Assembly (NCBI GenBank): GCA_964016885.1
Contig: OZ024750.1
Location: 6,200,001 to 6,264,000 of the forward strand
DNA length: 64,000 bases
Origin: Eledone cirrhosa
Taxonomy: Eukaryota
Direction: 5' to 3'
Both the position numbers and the translations under genes were made by a program. Below, piece by piece: positions 12,770-26,888 of this stretch (the stretch's first letter is position 1; each line of letters starts with the position of its first letter). The notes under the pieces were generated by a model that was not told where the DNA came from, did no database searches, and saw only the letters and a program-made list of their open reading frames with translations.

Positions 12770-12795
12770 CTTATCACCTTCTCTCCCTTTTTTTC

Positions 12796-12840
<45 letters not shown>

Positions 12841-12951
12841 GTGTGTAGGTGCTTGCGATCGTGGGAGTGTGCGTGGGAGTGTGTGTGTGTGTGCATGGTA
12901 AGAGTTTATATACATAATGCATATAGAGCTAAACACTAAACTTTTGCGTTG

Positions 12952-12961
12952 ATATATATAC

Positions 12962-13008
<47 letters not shown>

Positions 13009-13149
13009 CATATATATATATACATATACATATATATATATACATATACATATATATATATACATATACATATATACATATACATATATACATATACATA
13101 TATACATATATATATATATACATATATATATACATATATATATATATGC

Positions 13150-13240
<91 letters not shown>
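12952..13240. repeat. Compound (TA)n/(TACATA)n/(TG)n microsatellite
   Basis: Direct inspection. Confidence 0.95.
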
Positions 13241-13244
<4 letters not shown>

Positions 13245-13669
13245 AGTTCTATAGTGTGTATAAGAACACATGTGTTTGAGTTTGTATGCTTTTATGTATG
13301 TTTGGGTATGTGTGCTTGGAATGAGTACCGTAGTTGATGAAAGAAACTGGTAAAATTTGCTTTCTTTAACATGGTCGACTTAACTAGCCAATGTATTTAC
13401 CAGGTAATAAGCTCCTTCCGGCAATATATATATATATGTATATATGTATATATATATATATAAGTGTGTGTATATATATGTGTGTGTGTGTATATATATA
13501 TGTGTATATGTGTGTGTATGTGTACGATATGGAGTTGTGTATGTATACTTATGTTTCATGTTCCCCTATATGTTTGTGTGTTACACATACATATTTGGGT
13601 TTGTGGTGAGTGTGATTGTTCTGTACAAACAACACCATTTCCAGATGCGATTGCCTAAAAGAATAAAGA

Positions 13670-14058
<389 letters not shown>

Positions 14059-14179
14059 ATCTCAGGCGTTTCCTTCGTGTTTTGTTTGCTGAAGTTTCTG
14101 TTTTATTAATTATTTGAACAGTTAAAGAAATAAAAACTAACCTTCATCTTGTTTATTTTCATAATCTGATAAAAAGCGC

Positions 14180-14212
<33 letters not shown>

Positions 14213-14414
14213 GAGTGGGTGAGTGAGTGAAAGAGAGAGGGGGAGGGGAGAGAAAGAGAGATAGATGGAGAAAATATTGGTGAGAAAATGATTGGTTGTC
14301 AACAGGGGAAAATGGTGTTTTGGCGTAGTTCGTTTTCTTCGCTACATTTCATTTTAAACAAAATATTTCATGTCAGAGTTGACACATCAATTCGGTGGTA
14401 TCGTCTTTATAATA

Positions 14415-14615
14415 ATTATTTCTAATAAGAGACATGACCAGCAATTTAGGCGGAGGGGACTGTCGATTGTATCAACCCCAGTACTTAACTGGTACTTTAT
14501 TTTCTCCACCCGGAAGGATGATAGACAAAGTTGACCTCGGTGAGAGATTTGAACTTAGAACGTAGCAACTAAATACCACCAAGCATTTTGACCTAGACTC
14601 TACGGATACTGCAAT
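14415..14615 (-). mobile_element. Meta-domain SINE, diverged
   Basis: CCCCAGTACTTAACTGGTACTTTATTTT...AAAGTTGACCTCGG...ATTTGAACT. Confidence 0.8.
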
Positions 14616-16106
14616 CAGGGGGCTTCTTGACTCTTATATAACTCCTGCCATCAGAGATGCGCAAATTTAACAAGTATTCATTCATTTTTTTTAACTCCTG
14701 TTTTTGACAGTTACAAAGGAAATACTTTAAGAATGTAGCACTTCCTAGTACGTAGAAGATCTAAAAGGAAAAGAGGAAAATGTTTTTGAAACGATGGGAA
14801 ATATTTTCATAATTAGCAACAAATGCTTCCGATAAAATTGCAATAACTTAAGATAATAATATATAAAGATCTGAGATAAATTTTCATTTTAACAATTTCT
14901 CTAAATGACGAGGAAAACAACATATGTAGAAAGTCGAGAAATTATGAAAGAAGTAAGGGAAGGAAGGAAGAAACAAATGAACAAAACAAATAGAAAGAAA
15001 GAAAATTTCACTAGCGTAATTACTGTTTTTATTAGTAGATGTGTACCTTTGAAGTAAAATCATGGTCTGTTTCTCAGATTATATACACTTAAGAAGACAA
15101 ACACTCTCAACAAATTTGGGAATGTTTCATTGTAGGGCCCTTATTTTTTGTTCTGTCCTTTTTACATGTGGTTGTTTCTCACTGTGTTCATTCATCTTTT
15201 TTATTAAGTTTGATTCTTTAGCCATAAAAGGAGGGCTGAGTCCTTGACCTCTCTTCACCCTCAGCACGTGTGAGGTCCATGCTATTGATGTTCAGCTTTA
15301 GTTTATGTATGTTGATTTATTCTATAGCGTTAAAATGAAACTTTTGCCTGGGTATGACCGTAGGATTCTTTGCAACCAGAAGGTTCCTAAATTTGACCCT
15401 AAATTTTCTTTAACTTAGGCAAGTGCTTTTTACCATAGACTCGAGTCGATCCGAGCCTTGGAAGAGAATAAAATAAATGAAAACGAAAGACCGTTGAACG
15501 GACAGTACTTGTTCTTTGTTGATAGACTTAATCTGTCGGCCAGCTAACACCCCCATCTAAATTCTAATAGACGTCAATCTCAAGACCACTCAATATCATG
15601 AAACACTATACGTAGTTTCTTCCTTTCTTTCCTGCTATTACTCTTGGAGATTCTATAAAGATCAAATCCAAAGTCTTTGTCATGAACTTGCACAGTTTTC
15701 AACCAGGAATAGTTAGTATTTTTTTTTTAAGTGAAACTTTTGCCAACAGTGTTTATTACTTAGGTCGAATGAGTGACTTTCTCAAGAATACAATGAGCTA
15801 CTGGGAATTTAACTCATGACTTTATGTTCGTGAGCCAAACAGCATCAACCACTAAGACACTTGTCTTCCACATACCAACCCCTAAACTGGTTTGAATATA
15901 TAACGCTTTCGGGTATGAACCGGAAACCACTTTTATTTATAGTTCCTTGTTCAACATTGTGAAATCGTGATGAAGGAATGGAAGATATTAAGTGTGGAGG
16001 GGTGGAAATAATTTTCGTGCTTATTTTGAAATATTCAATTTAAAAAACAGAAAAATTTAAGAATATATAAACTTTCGAAAATTTTATGAGAATCTACAAG
16101 CTGTGT

Positions 16107-16226
<120 letters not shown>

Positions 16227-16690
16227 CAGTGCATATGTGTTTGAGTGTGTTTGAGTGTGTATGTATGTGTATATATGTGTGTGTGTGTGTGTGTACGTAT
16301 ATATGTATGTGTGTGTGTTGTATGTATGTGTGTGTGTTGCATATTTGTGTGTGCCTGTATGAATATATGCATGTGTTTGTTTATGAGTGTGTGCGTGTTG
16401 GAATGTGTGTGTCTGTGTGTGTGTTTGTGTGTGTATGTGTGTGTGAGTATGAATATATGTATGTTTATGGGTTTCTTTGTGTGTGTGTGTGCCTGTGTCT
16501 GTCTGTTTGTGTGTGTGATTTGTGTGCGTAAGTGTTTGTCTGTGCGTGTATGAATATCTGTATATGTGTGTGTTTGTATGTGTATGAATATATGTATGTG
16601 TGTGTGTATGTGTGTGTGTGTGACTTCGGGCAGAAGCTGAAACAGTCGTCAACAGCCATTCACTGCTGAATGGAGAGGAAGTCAGCGCCG

Positions 16691-16727
16691 AACTAGATTT
16701 GATGTCGTTGCACGGACATTTTATATA
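16691..16727 (-). promoter_or_regulatory. Candidate Pol II core promoter (TATA plus initiator), leftward
   Basis: Minus-strand TATAAAA starting at 16725, with CTAGTT initiator-like A at 16694 (spacing -31), in unique sequence. Confidence 0.35.
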
Positions 16728-17399
16728 AACGCCTTTTAGTAACATCCGATAAAATCAGCAATACTATTGTCTATGTGTCTGTGTTTAAATGACATCAGAT
16801 CTGAATGTGTGGCGTCAAACAACATCCCCGTGGGCTATCTTATTGTTTTAATGTTTCTTTTGATAGACATAATTGTGTTAGACAGTAAATCTAAAACCAA
16901 AGGTAAAGAAACAAAACAAACCAAATAACCGGTATTCTTGTTTACCCAGTTTTCCAGGAATGTAAATGATATTTCGAAAGCTTTCATATACTTGTAGTTT
17001 TCTTCTGGTCCTCATCATGGCTTCCTGGTTTCATAATTTTGTATGATATATGTAAGTTGTTGATGTTTGGTTGGCTGCTACATTCGTTTTGACTGTTTGT
17101 GTGTGTCACAACTGATGTGTTGTTTTTGTATTATCAAGACTGATGTTCGCCTTCATCAGATGTTTGTTTAAGGATAAAAATTCCGTTTGTGTAAGAATGC
17201 TTTATTTTCGCAGCATCCCTTTTTATTTAGGTTTGGTGAAAAAACAAATTCTAAAAATAGTTCCTTATTCTTTGGCAGATTATACATTTCATTGATGTTT
17301 TTCATCAAACAGTAATTTTTTTTGTTGTAGTTTCCTTGAAGCATTGTATATGACATATACTGTGGAAAGCGATATAAGGCTAAACAATGCAAAATTGAT

Positions 17400-17567
17400 T
17401 GTAAGATGAAGGTAACGAAAAAGTACGTTACATGTAATCTTTGTTTTGTTCTTTTGTTGTTACTGTTACTTCTTTCGTCTTAATATTTCGGGACTTAATT
17501 CCCTTCTTCAGAGTATAAGGAACTTTCAGAGAATAATGCTCCGGTTTATTCTCTTTGGGATTAAATT
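17400..17567 (-). mobile_element. PLE-like family C fragment with minimal hammerhead (17479-17513)
   Basis: Minus strand CT-CTGAAGA-A-GGGA(ATTAAG)TCCC-GAAA-TAT-TA^AG; palindromic AATATT; stem I only 2 bp. Confidence 0.65.
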
Positions 17568-18372
17568 TAGATTTCTCGTATTTGTCTGCAGTTGTCTCGT
17601 GTTTTAATAAATATTTTACATGAAGAAATTTTTTATAGATGTACATGTTTTTCCTGGAATCGAACACACGTCTAGTTTGATCAGATTAATTCTTTTATTA
17701 AATTCGATACTTAAGAAATTCGCTAAGAAGAAGAAAACAATCAAATATATTCACCAACGATCCTGACTGTACCTGACTACCTAACGTATTAAAAATAGCC
17801 GCTAAAACTCCCAAATTACATACAGAATGTCCTATAGGACAATGTTCTCGCAGATAAAAGCATTAATATCATGTAGTTAATTACAAACACTTGACATCTT
17901 TGACAACCCTAAAAAAAAAAGAAAAGAAAAAAAAAGGAACACATCAAAGCGGGGAAGGAGCTTCAATATATCCATACCGTATCTCGTATCTTAAAAATAC
18001 TGTGAACGAAAGAAAATTCTTAGAGAAAATAAAGGAGAAATAACAAGAAAAGCTAACTCTGATTTCATGAGAATTAGAAGAAACTAACTTATAATAGCTT
18101 TAGTCTGGATATTGAAGAAATATGCACCACCAGCTTATTGAGTATTGCAGATATTCTCATGATATATATAGTAACGATTTCCTATATATTCACATGCTAT
18201 ATAGTAATCGAGAGAGTTACAGTCGCTGAGATCGATCGTTCTGTTTAACAAGTTTCTTTTCTTCATTAAAAGTATCCTCAAATGCTTACGGAGTCGTAGA
18301 GGTCTCGTAGTGGACACTTTAAATTTGGTGGAGTCCTTCCATCTGCCGGCCTTACAACAGCCTATTGTTTCT

Positions 18373-18403
<31 letters not shown>

Positions 18404-18453
18404 CTATTAGAATAAAGGAACAAAAATTCAGTGTTGCATCATAACATATTTAT

Positions 18454-18547
18454 AACATATTACATATGTTTCACTATCGACCAGCTCGAGGAAAGACCTA
18501 TTATTGATCTAACATGACTCTGTAATCGAAAGATCGTCAGATATGCT
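18454..18547 (-). ncRNA. Type I hammerhead ribozyme with extended stem II (family B element ~18405-18558)
   Basis: Minus strand AGCATAT-CTGACGA-61 nt-GAAA-CATATG-TA^ATATGTT; between (TA)n and (GATA)n arrays. Confidence 0.75.
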
Positions 18548-18563
18548 TCCGTATGTGATATAT

Positions 18564-18632
<69 letters not shown>

Positions 18633-18754
18633 GTGAGAGAGAGAGTGAGAGAGAGAGAGGGGGGGGGGGGGGGGGGTGAGAGAGAGAGAGAAAGAGAAAG
18701 AGAGAGAGAGAGAAAGAGAAGATAGATTGCAAGAAGAAGAATTAATCACCGTAG

Positions 18755-18890
18755 TGAATTATACCTATTTATCATCCTAGAAAAGGTGAATGGCAAAGTT
18801 GACTTCGGATGGATTTGAACTCACAATACAGGTATCCGGAAATAATTCTGTAAGGCACTGTATCCGACGTTCCAGCGTTCTGCTACCACT
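18755..18890 (-). mobile_element. Meta-domain SINE, old fragment
   Basis: GGCAAAGTTGACTTCGG...ATTTGAACTC. Confidence 0.65.
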
Positions 18891-19455
18891 ACTTAATATT
18901 TATTTTATCAACTCTCCAGAGATAAAGATAAAATAACCATCAAGAAGATTCGAAGTAGGATCAAAATCTTATAACTAAATGTCGCAGATATTTGTCTAGC
19001 GTTCTACTATCGACCACAATATGTATCTGTCAGTATATGTCCAACGGATTTGTGTGCGTTTATTGACGTATCAAAACTTCTTTTCTAGGCTACAAAATGA
19101 ATTAGAAGTGATTTGCATAATTAATCGGTGTAACAATATTATATCTCAATGTAGAGGTGCCACCAACATCTCTAGGGATATGGCTTTCTCTTTTATTCTT
19201 CTGAATTCTTGAACTAATGTAGAAAACTACTCAATTTATTAACAATATTCCCCACAAACAGTATATACAGTAGATACCGTAATTTAGAGACTCTTACATT
19301 ATCTGTTAATTAATAATTGGCCTTATCATTAGTACGGTAATCTCAGCTATTTTGAACGTCTAAACTTCCTGTCTGAACTTTAATCCTGCTCAGAGTTTTT
19401 TTCCCAATATGTATACTTTGAGTTAATAATATTTCATACATTTGACATCTGTCTA

Positions 19456-19639
19456 TAATTGTTTCTACATTTTGCACAAGGCAAGCAATTACCCAGTACA
19501 TTACTGGTACTTTATTTTATCGACCCTGTAAGGATGGAAGACAAAGTTAACCTCGTCGGGATTTGAACTCAAATGGCAAGGGCCGTAATTCTATGCGTCA
19601 AAGCATGGTGTCCGACCCTTTACCGATACTGCCAATCCA
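19456..19639 (-). mobile_element. Meta-domain SINE, short subfamily, flanked by ~150-bp direct duplication
   Basis: Full SINE; flanks 19312-19458 and 19639-19807 are direct repeats. Confidence 0.9.
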
Positions 19640-20384
19640 ATGATTGACCTTACCAATCAGTGCAGTAATCTCAGCTATTTTGAACGTCTGAACTTCCTGT
19701 CTGAACTTTAATCCTGCTCAGAGTTTTTTTTTTCCTTTGTAGATGTATGACCAATATGGATACTTTGAGTTAATAATTTTTCATATACTTGATATCTGTC
19801 TATAATATTTAGTCTTTTGTAAAATTGACATTACATAAGATATTAGAATCATTAATCGTTACAATACATATTTTCGTCTTTAGAATATTCTGACCTAAAT
19901 CGGTAGACCTCAACTCAACATATTAAAAATCGATAACTTTAAATCAAGAAAGTAATTAAACCTTTCCTTGTAAACGGATTTCAATGTTAATTGGCTTTAT
20001 CGATTAGCTTAAGTATCGAAGCCGATTCTAACACCACTTAATTAAAGCAAGGCTTAATAGAAAATCTGAAATATTTCGTTTGTCAATTCAACCTCAACTG
20101 ATCTTGAATTCAATTTGGCTGATTGCCCGGGTTTACCTTTTACAGGTACGGCTGTCAGTTGATTATGACAAATTTGTGACAAGGAAAAGCAGGCAACAAG
20201 CCAGATTGAATACAAGGAAGAGAGTTGAATTTTGAACTAAGAAATTTTCAGTTATCTATCTGGATAGAAGCTAATTAAAATATGCGAATGGTCTCTGTTC
20301 TGTAGAAACTTTCTTTGATAATATACATATATATATACACATATACATGTATATATATATATATATTAGAAAATGATGTTTTTT

Positions 20385-20570
20385 TTACAAAATGAAAAAT
20401 AACCGAGGTGTCCTACACGAGTGGAAGTATTAAAGAAAAAAAGATGAAATCGAAAATGCAACTGGAGTCTGATTTTAAAAAACATATATATATATTCATT
20501 TGGTTCCTTTACAGGTTTCGCAGTTCTTCTGCTTTTCAAAAGTAGAGTTGAGATGGAGGGTCTGTGGTTT
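20385..20570 (-). mobile_element. PLE-like family E fragment with U3-A8 hammerhead (20507-20542)
   Basis: Minus strand CTT-TTGAAAA-GCAG(AAGAA)CTGC-GAAA-CCTG-TA^AAG; homologous to 49570-49700. Confidence 0.7.
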
Positions 20571-20619
20571 TTCTCACACACACACATATACATATATATA
20601 TATATATATATACATATTT

Positions 20620-20680
20620 ATTAGAATAACAAATTAAAGTTTAAGCAAAGAATCGCTGCTTTCACCCTTAACGGAATCTT
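20620..20680 (-). mobile_element. PLE-like family G fragment, 5'-truncated hammerhead
   Basis: Minus strand ..AAGA-TTCC(GTTAA)GGGT-GAAA-GCAGCGAT-TC; second copy at 38160-38230; in (TA)n. Confidence 0.45.
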
Positions 20681-20696
20681 TATTATTTATTATTAT

Positions 20697-20740
<44 letters not shown>

Positions 20741-21000
20741 TATAAAGAAAGAGAAAAGTCTCTAAACAGGTAAAATTAACTTTACGTAAAATGTGTGTGT
20801 TTAAAAGGTCAACTCACAGCATGATTATAAATTGAAAATCGGAGGAAGAAAAAATGGAGTCAAACAGTAAACAATTTTGAATTCTATGACTGATATTATC
20901 CGAAGAATAGGAAGAAATATTAAACTAGAATAGTTGCATAATATATGTACGAAAGCAACTATATGTCTTTATATATATATATATACATATATATATATAC

Positions 21001-21095
<95 letters not shown>

Positions 21096-24000
21096 ATATA
21101 TATATATACATACATGTGTGTGTATGCCTATATATATATATACATGCATTGATTTATTTATATATGTAAATATATATAATTTGACAGAGACTTATACAAA
21201 AGCTATTAAATTTAAATTTAAATGTGATCAGTTAACTTCGACAGTTTTATGAAAGAAACTCAGCAAGTATTTTCTTTTCTTTTTTTTTTCGCAAAGAGAA
21301 CTATAAGAGAAAATAATTTTTCTTATGCTGTGAAAAAAAATTAGACATCTCACGTACAATCTAATACATTCCAGCCAGATAAATTGCCATAAGGAATTCT
21401 TTCTTTTCTTTGTGAATAGTTTCGAGAATAAAGTTTTCTTCAAAATGTAATTTTGAGGCACTTGATAGTCAAATCCATTCGAATTTCAATGTAAGTTATA
21501 AATGAGTGATAAATAAATAAATAAATAGATACATAAATATATAAATAGATAAATAAATGAATAAAACAAAAAATTTGAAGAACGATTTCTATATCTACAA
21601 TTTTTCGCTCCACTTAATTATTCTATCCTTTCAGTAGATGCATCGAAGAACAGAACTTCGCAACCGAGTTCTTTTTTATTTTTAATATAGTGTTTGTTGT
21701 TATTATTGTTGTTGATGTTGTTGTTAGAAAAAGCAACATAGAAAGACACCATTTTGTCATAAGATGTAACGGTTGTATGTTTAAAACAATCAATGTACAG
21801 GGTTATGTGAGAGAAAACTGTGATTTATTCAACATCAATGATGTCCTTTAAAATGAAATTTCAACCTATGTAAAAAAATTGCTTATTTATCTAACTTCTT
21901 CGAAATTAATAACTCGGAAATATTATTGAAATTTATTGCATCTTTGTAGAGTGATATTTACTATTTATTAAATACACATTGCTGATTATTCACTCTCGAA
22001 TTTATTTTTATGGTTATCTCTTGTATTTGGGCCATCAAAAATGACAGCTGTTTCAATCTCTTTTCTTTATATTTAATTTCAGTTTTACGGTTTAAGATCA
22101 ATTTTACTTGAAGTTATAAAATCTAAACTTTCACCACAGATCTCTCTCCCTAACCCATATCTTTTTCTCTCACTTCGGTTGGACAATTTAATCTGTGTTT
22201 TCTTTCCACCATAGTGGCGTTACGTTCAGGTTATAGGAAAATATTGACTGATATCTTTTATGTATTCATTTGTCTTAGAATTACGATAAATTATACATAC
22301 AAAAATCCATGAAAATATTATCTCCCTTTTGTCAGAATTTACAGAATAATATTTAGGGAGAGTCATGTTGTGCTAATATTGCCAGAGAAATATAGTAAAA
22401 CACACTCACTGTTTGGTTAACAAATATATCGCCGCTGCAGAACAATCCTATCTCAATATTCATCTCAGTTTAAATATCGAAATCTATAACCTTCTCAACT
22501 ATGGAAGAAACTCTATTCATTTCTCTTTCTATATAGGTATGCAGCTCTACCAAAACACTTCTTCATATTCTAATGTTCTATATCCATAGAGAAACATCTA
22601 ATTTCATCAATGTATCTATAAAATGCCCTTTCTCGTCACCCACGTATTTGTACACAACCAAGTCTGCGTCACATTGCCTGAGTTTCAAAACATTTCAGCT
22701 CTTAGTAATTGCCGGCCATAACTGTATAAATTGGTACTTAGTGCAAGTTTACATATAGATGGCGAACCTGCCAACCACACATACATATTTTGTGTCATAT
22801 CTAATAACAAATAAAAGTCTAAAAAGGAAAATGTCAATTCCAAAACATGATATCCACTATCCTACGAATACAAAAGACCACTATGTGTTCACTCGACTTG
22901 CTAGAAAAGGCAACCAAATCGCCCCTGCCAAACATACTCCTTAAATATATGTTGTTCGTCTATGGTCAACCCTCATACAAACCGCAACAATCGCTTTCCT
23001 ATTGAAAACTGAATAAATTTTATCTCTACATTCTCTGATGTATTACTTTTTTTTAAATTTCAATATTCTCTGAATATTTCATTCAAAATTCTTACTGATT
23101 TCTTAATTACTTAAACTTACAACATCTATGCAGTATTGTCATTCCTCCAGAATTATGTTAATGTAAAGAAGAGAAACAGCGTTATGTAATTTTCTTATCT
23201 CCTTCCATATGGTAAAAGAGAGTATTTTAAGTATTTTAGCAGCACAAACTATTTTCAGTATGAATGTATAAGTTTGGTTATTACACAACTGAAGTCTGTG
23301 CAGATTATTTTCCGTGTTGAGAATGTTAATGATGTTTATTGGTCGTCTGTTGAAGGAAAAGTAAATGAACTATTGTTGTTGGAAGTTAATTTCGATATGG
23401 GCTGGAGGCATCTAAAGTCTTTCGAATATATTTTTTAAAGTTTCTTGATGGGTTTGCTACTGTTGTCGACAGTGTAATTGCTATTGTTGTAGAATTATAA
23501 AATTCGTTCCAGACGTGACTATCCTATTTTGGGGTTTGGGATAGATGCAATTACTATTTCTGTAGATTCAAACAAGCGCTTAGAGGCACATTTGTTGCTA
23601 TGTGATCTTACATTTGTGATATTGTTGTTATGGTTTCACTTTAAAACACCTCGTCTGTTCCCACTTTCCCACATAAAATCTATAAGACTGGTGGTAACCC
23701 ATGAATTTATGCCACTGCTTAGTAAAATACAACATTTGTTGCAAATGTCCTTACGTGAATGATTGATTTCCTATATCTGGTCTCAGAACAACTGTCTAAT
23801 CTTTTAAAACTATAGAACTGTGATATATTGACATTCAGGAGTGTCTTATGATCCTCATCTACGCTGGCTGAATCAACATATAGGAATCGAAACACGTTCG
23901 TTACGCACCGAGGATGTGCATCTTGATCAGAAGATCTCATATTGGTACTCGCGTATAATTACTATTACATACAACTAAAATGCATTATGAGGCATAACGT

Positions 24001-24454
24001 AAATAGGTTATTAACTTAGTTTTACTTATGTAGACATAAATTTTGGTTGTGATTGTTAATATAATTTGTGGTGAGCGCCTCCTAAGTGCTGGAATTTTGG
24101 TGAATGTCTCAAATATAATGCAAAACTCATAATGCAAGTCAATTATATGCATAACTTTGCACATTGATGTATTCTGCAAAGGTTTGTGGTGGAATTATAG
24201 TCTAGTGAATAAGTATAATGGGTTAACATTCAGCCGGGTTTGTCTACCTGGGTATTATTTATGTGGTAGACGTGTTATGAATATCACGAGGCATTAATTA
24301 TACTGAAAACACACACATATATATATATATATATGTATATATATGTATATATATGTATGTATATATATGTATATATATGTATGTATATGTATATATATGT
24401 ATATATATGTATATATATGTATATATATGTATATATATGTATATATATGTATAT

Positions 24455-24646
24455 AGGAAAAGAGTCAGAACCCCGACGGCAGAGTTCAAGCGGTTTCGAC
24501 AGCTATTTCTGGACGGAAATAGCTGTCGAAACGGCTTGAGCTCTGCCGTCGGGGTTCTGACTCTTTTTGTATTACCCACTCTACTACCCAAAGTATAGAG
24601 TACTCTGGTGCGTTATGGTCCACCTGGTTCCTTACCACACTTCCTT

Positions 24647-24648
<2 letters not shown>
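24455..24648 (+). mobile_element. PLE-like family A fold-back copy in (TA)n
   Basis: Inverted arms centred near 24512; tail on plus strand. Confidence 0.8.
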
Positions 24649-24690
<42 letters not shown>

Positions 24691-26044
24691 TATAGGGAGA
24701 GAGAGAGAGGGAGAGAGAGAGAGAGTCCAATGCGTTGAATTTTGAAACCGATTCAGGTATTTTACTTCGTTACATGGCTCTGAATTACTGAACATTAAAA
24801 ATAACAATTTTTCTTTGTTCTTTCTCTTTTCACTCAAATGGAAATACCATATTTCATGCTTAAAATCTAGTCCGGTTTTTCCATAATGTTTAAATGTCTA
24901 TGTATCTTTTCACAATGATAATAAGGAAAAATGTCGCATATTAAATAATGCAAACTTACAGAGATATCATGTAACCAGAGTAAAATCACGTAAATGTCGA
25001 AATTGTATAATGGTAGAAAATCTAATAAGAAAATAGCCGCTATTTTGAGATAAATAATTCAACGTGCTGTATAAACATTCTGGAAGAAGTAGCTTGAAAA
25101 ATAGGAGAAGTCAAAGCTACTCAATGCTAATTGAATCACATACCTAGACAGTGTCCGAGATAATAAATCACATTGCGATACTGTTTTTAGTTTTTATTCT
25201 TATGTTCTATATTAATATAGGATATGTATGTAAACAATGAAAGCTTAGATTAGCTGGTATATTCAGCGTATTTTCATTTACAACGTGAAGAAGTATATTT
25301 TCATTTTTTTAAACTCTATTCCTACACATATATGATTTATATCTTTATATCATCTTTATCACTGGCGAAACAGCATCTTATCCACTGAATAATTCGGCCC
25401 AAGTTAAAGTGAAGTACCTGTATTTTCTCTTCTCATTGGATATACACTGCAACATAGAAGGATAGATAAGATAGATAGGTTATAGACAAAAAGAAATGAG
25501 AAGACATGATAGAAATAGTTGTAGTGCAAGGATGACGATAGTTATAGTAAAAAAAATGTTTGATTTAATCATTCCTTTGTGACAATATTCTACGAAAGGA
25601 TTCTTGCCTCGACCATTGTCCTTGTGGTACCCCAGCCAGGCCAGACAGATATACACATAGATGGTAGATAGATATATTGTTAGGTACAGTGGGAGATAGA
25701 TATTCAGGGGAAGAGATATATAGGTAGATATACATGTAGGCAAAGAAGATATACCTATAGATAGAAAAGAATTATAAAGAGAGTTTGACAAACAGAAATA
25801 AAGATAGATAGATATTTATATTGTATGACTTCCTATACATAAGTATGTGTGTATAAAATAAGTGTGTAGTTTCTTTAGTGTGCATGATTGTCAGTGTGCG
25901 GCCCTTTCAATCTGTCTACGTCTGCCCTACCCCTCACTTTCTTTTCTTTATGCTTTCATTCGTTTTCGCAAACATTCCTCTATATGATTTCAAGCCACCC
26001 CCAATCTTTTCAAGTTTTTCTGAAAACTCAAAGCGTCTATATCA

Positions 26045-26127
<83 letters not shown>

Positions 26128-26537
26128 CAATATAAAACAGAATCGAAAAAAATTGTTTCTCGGGTGAACGTCATTTTCGACGAACCATTTTTATGCTGTA
26201 TACACACCCATAAACACATACACGTAGACACATTTAAACATCCATATATTGTATATAAACATACATACATACATTCATATATACATACATACAAACATCC
26301 ATATATGTATATAAACATACATACATATATACACACATACAAACATACATATATGTATATAAATATACATACATATATACATATATATACAAACATCCAT
26401 ATATGTATATAAACATATAAACATTCATACATGCATATATACATAGACACATACAAACATCCATATATGTATATAAACATACATACATATATACACACAT
26501 ACACACATTCAAACATCTATATTTGTATATAAACATA

Positions 26538-26888
26538 CATGATGGCTGCCCCCTCTTTATCGAGTATGGCCATTGCTCGAGAAAAAAAAATATATATATA
26601 CATATATATTAATAACAATAATAATAATAATAATAACAACAATAATGATAACGACACAAACAACAATAATGATATACATATATATATACACACACGCACA
26701 CACATAAACATATCTATACACACACACACGATAGCAACTAACAGCGCTGCGATCGAATGTGGCTTTTTAGCCCAGCCAATGATCTAAAATGTCTTGCACA
26801 GAGTCGGCAACCAAAACATTCACTGGGTATAGCCGGCTGTGGTTGGAGTTCATGTACTTTTGCAAGTCGTTTGAGCCCTCCTGCTGAT
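26538..26888 (-). mobile_element. RTE-clade LINE 3' end (C2H2 finger and 3' UTR), interrupted by microsatellite
   Basis: FGCRLCARHFRSLAGLKSHIRSQ at ~26740-26815; 3' UTR-like GCAATGGCCATACTCGATAAAGAGGGGGCAGCCATCAT at 26539-26577. Confidence 0.65.

Noticed and set aside
17140-17170. Minus-strand CTGATGAAGG core-like motif
   Set aside because: No GAAA, stem III or NUH at a compatible distance
19338-19360. TAATCTCAGCT match to the miR-216 5' end
   Set aside because: Only 11 nt match, no precursor hairpin seen, and it lies in a SINE-flanking duplication
26738-26830. C2H2 zinc finger as a host zinc-finger gene exon
   Set aside because: Single finger followed by a stop and an RTE-type 3' UTR; better explained as a LINE end
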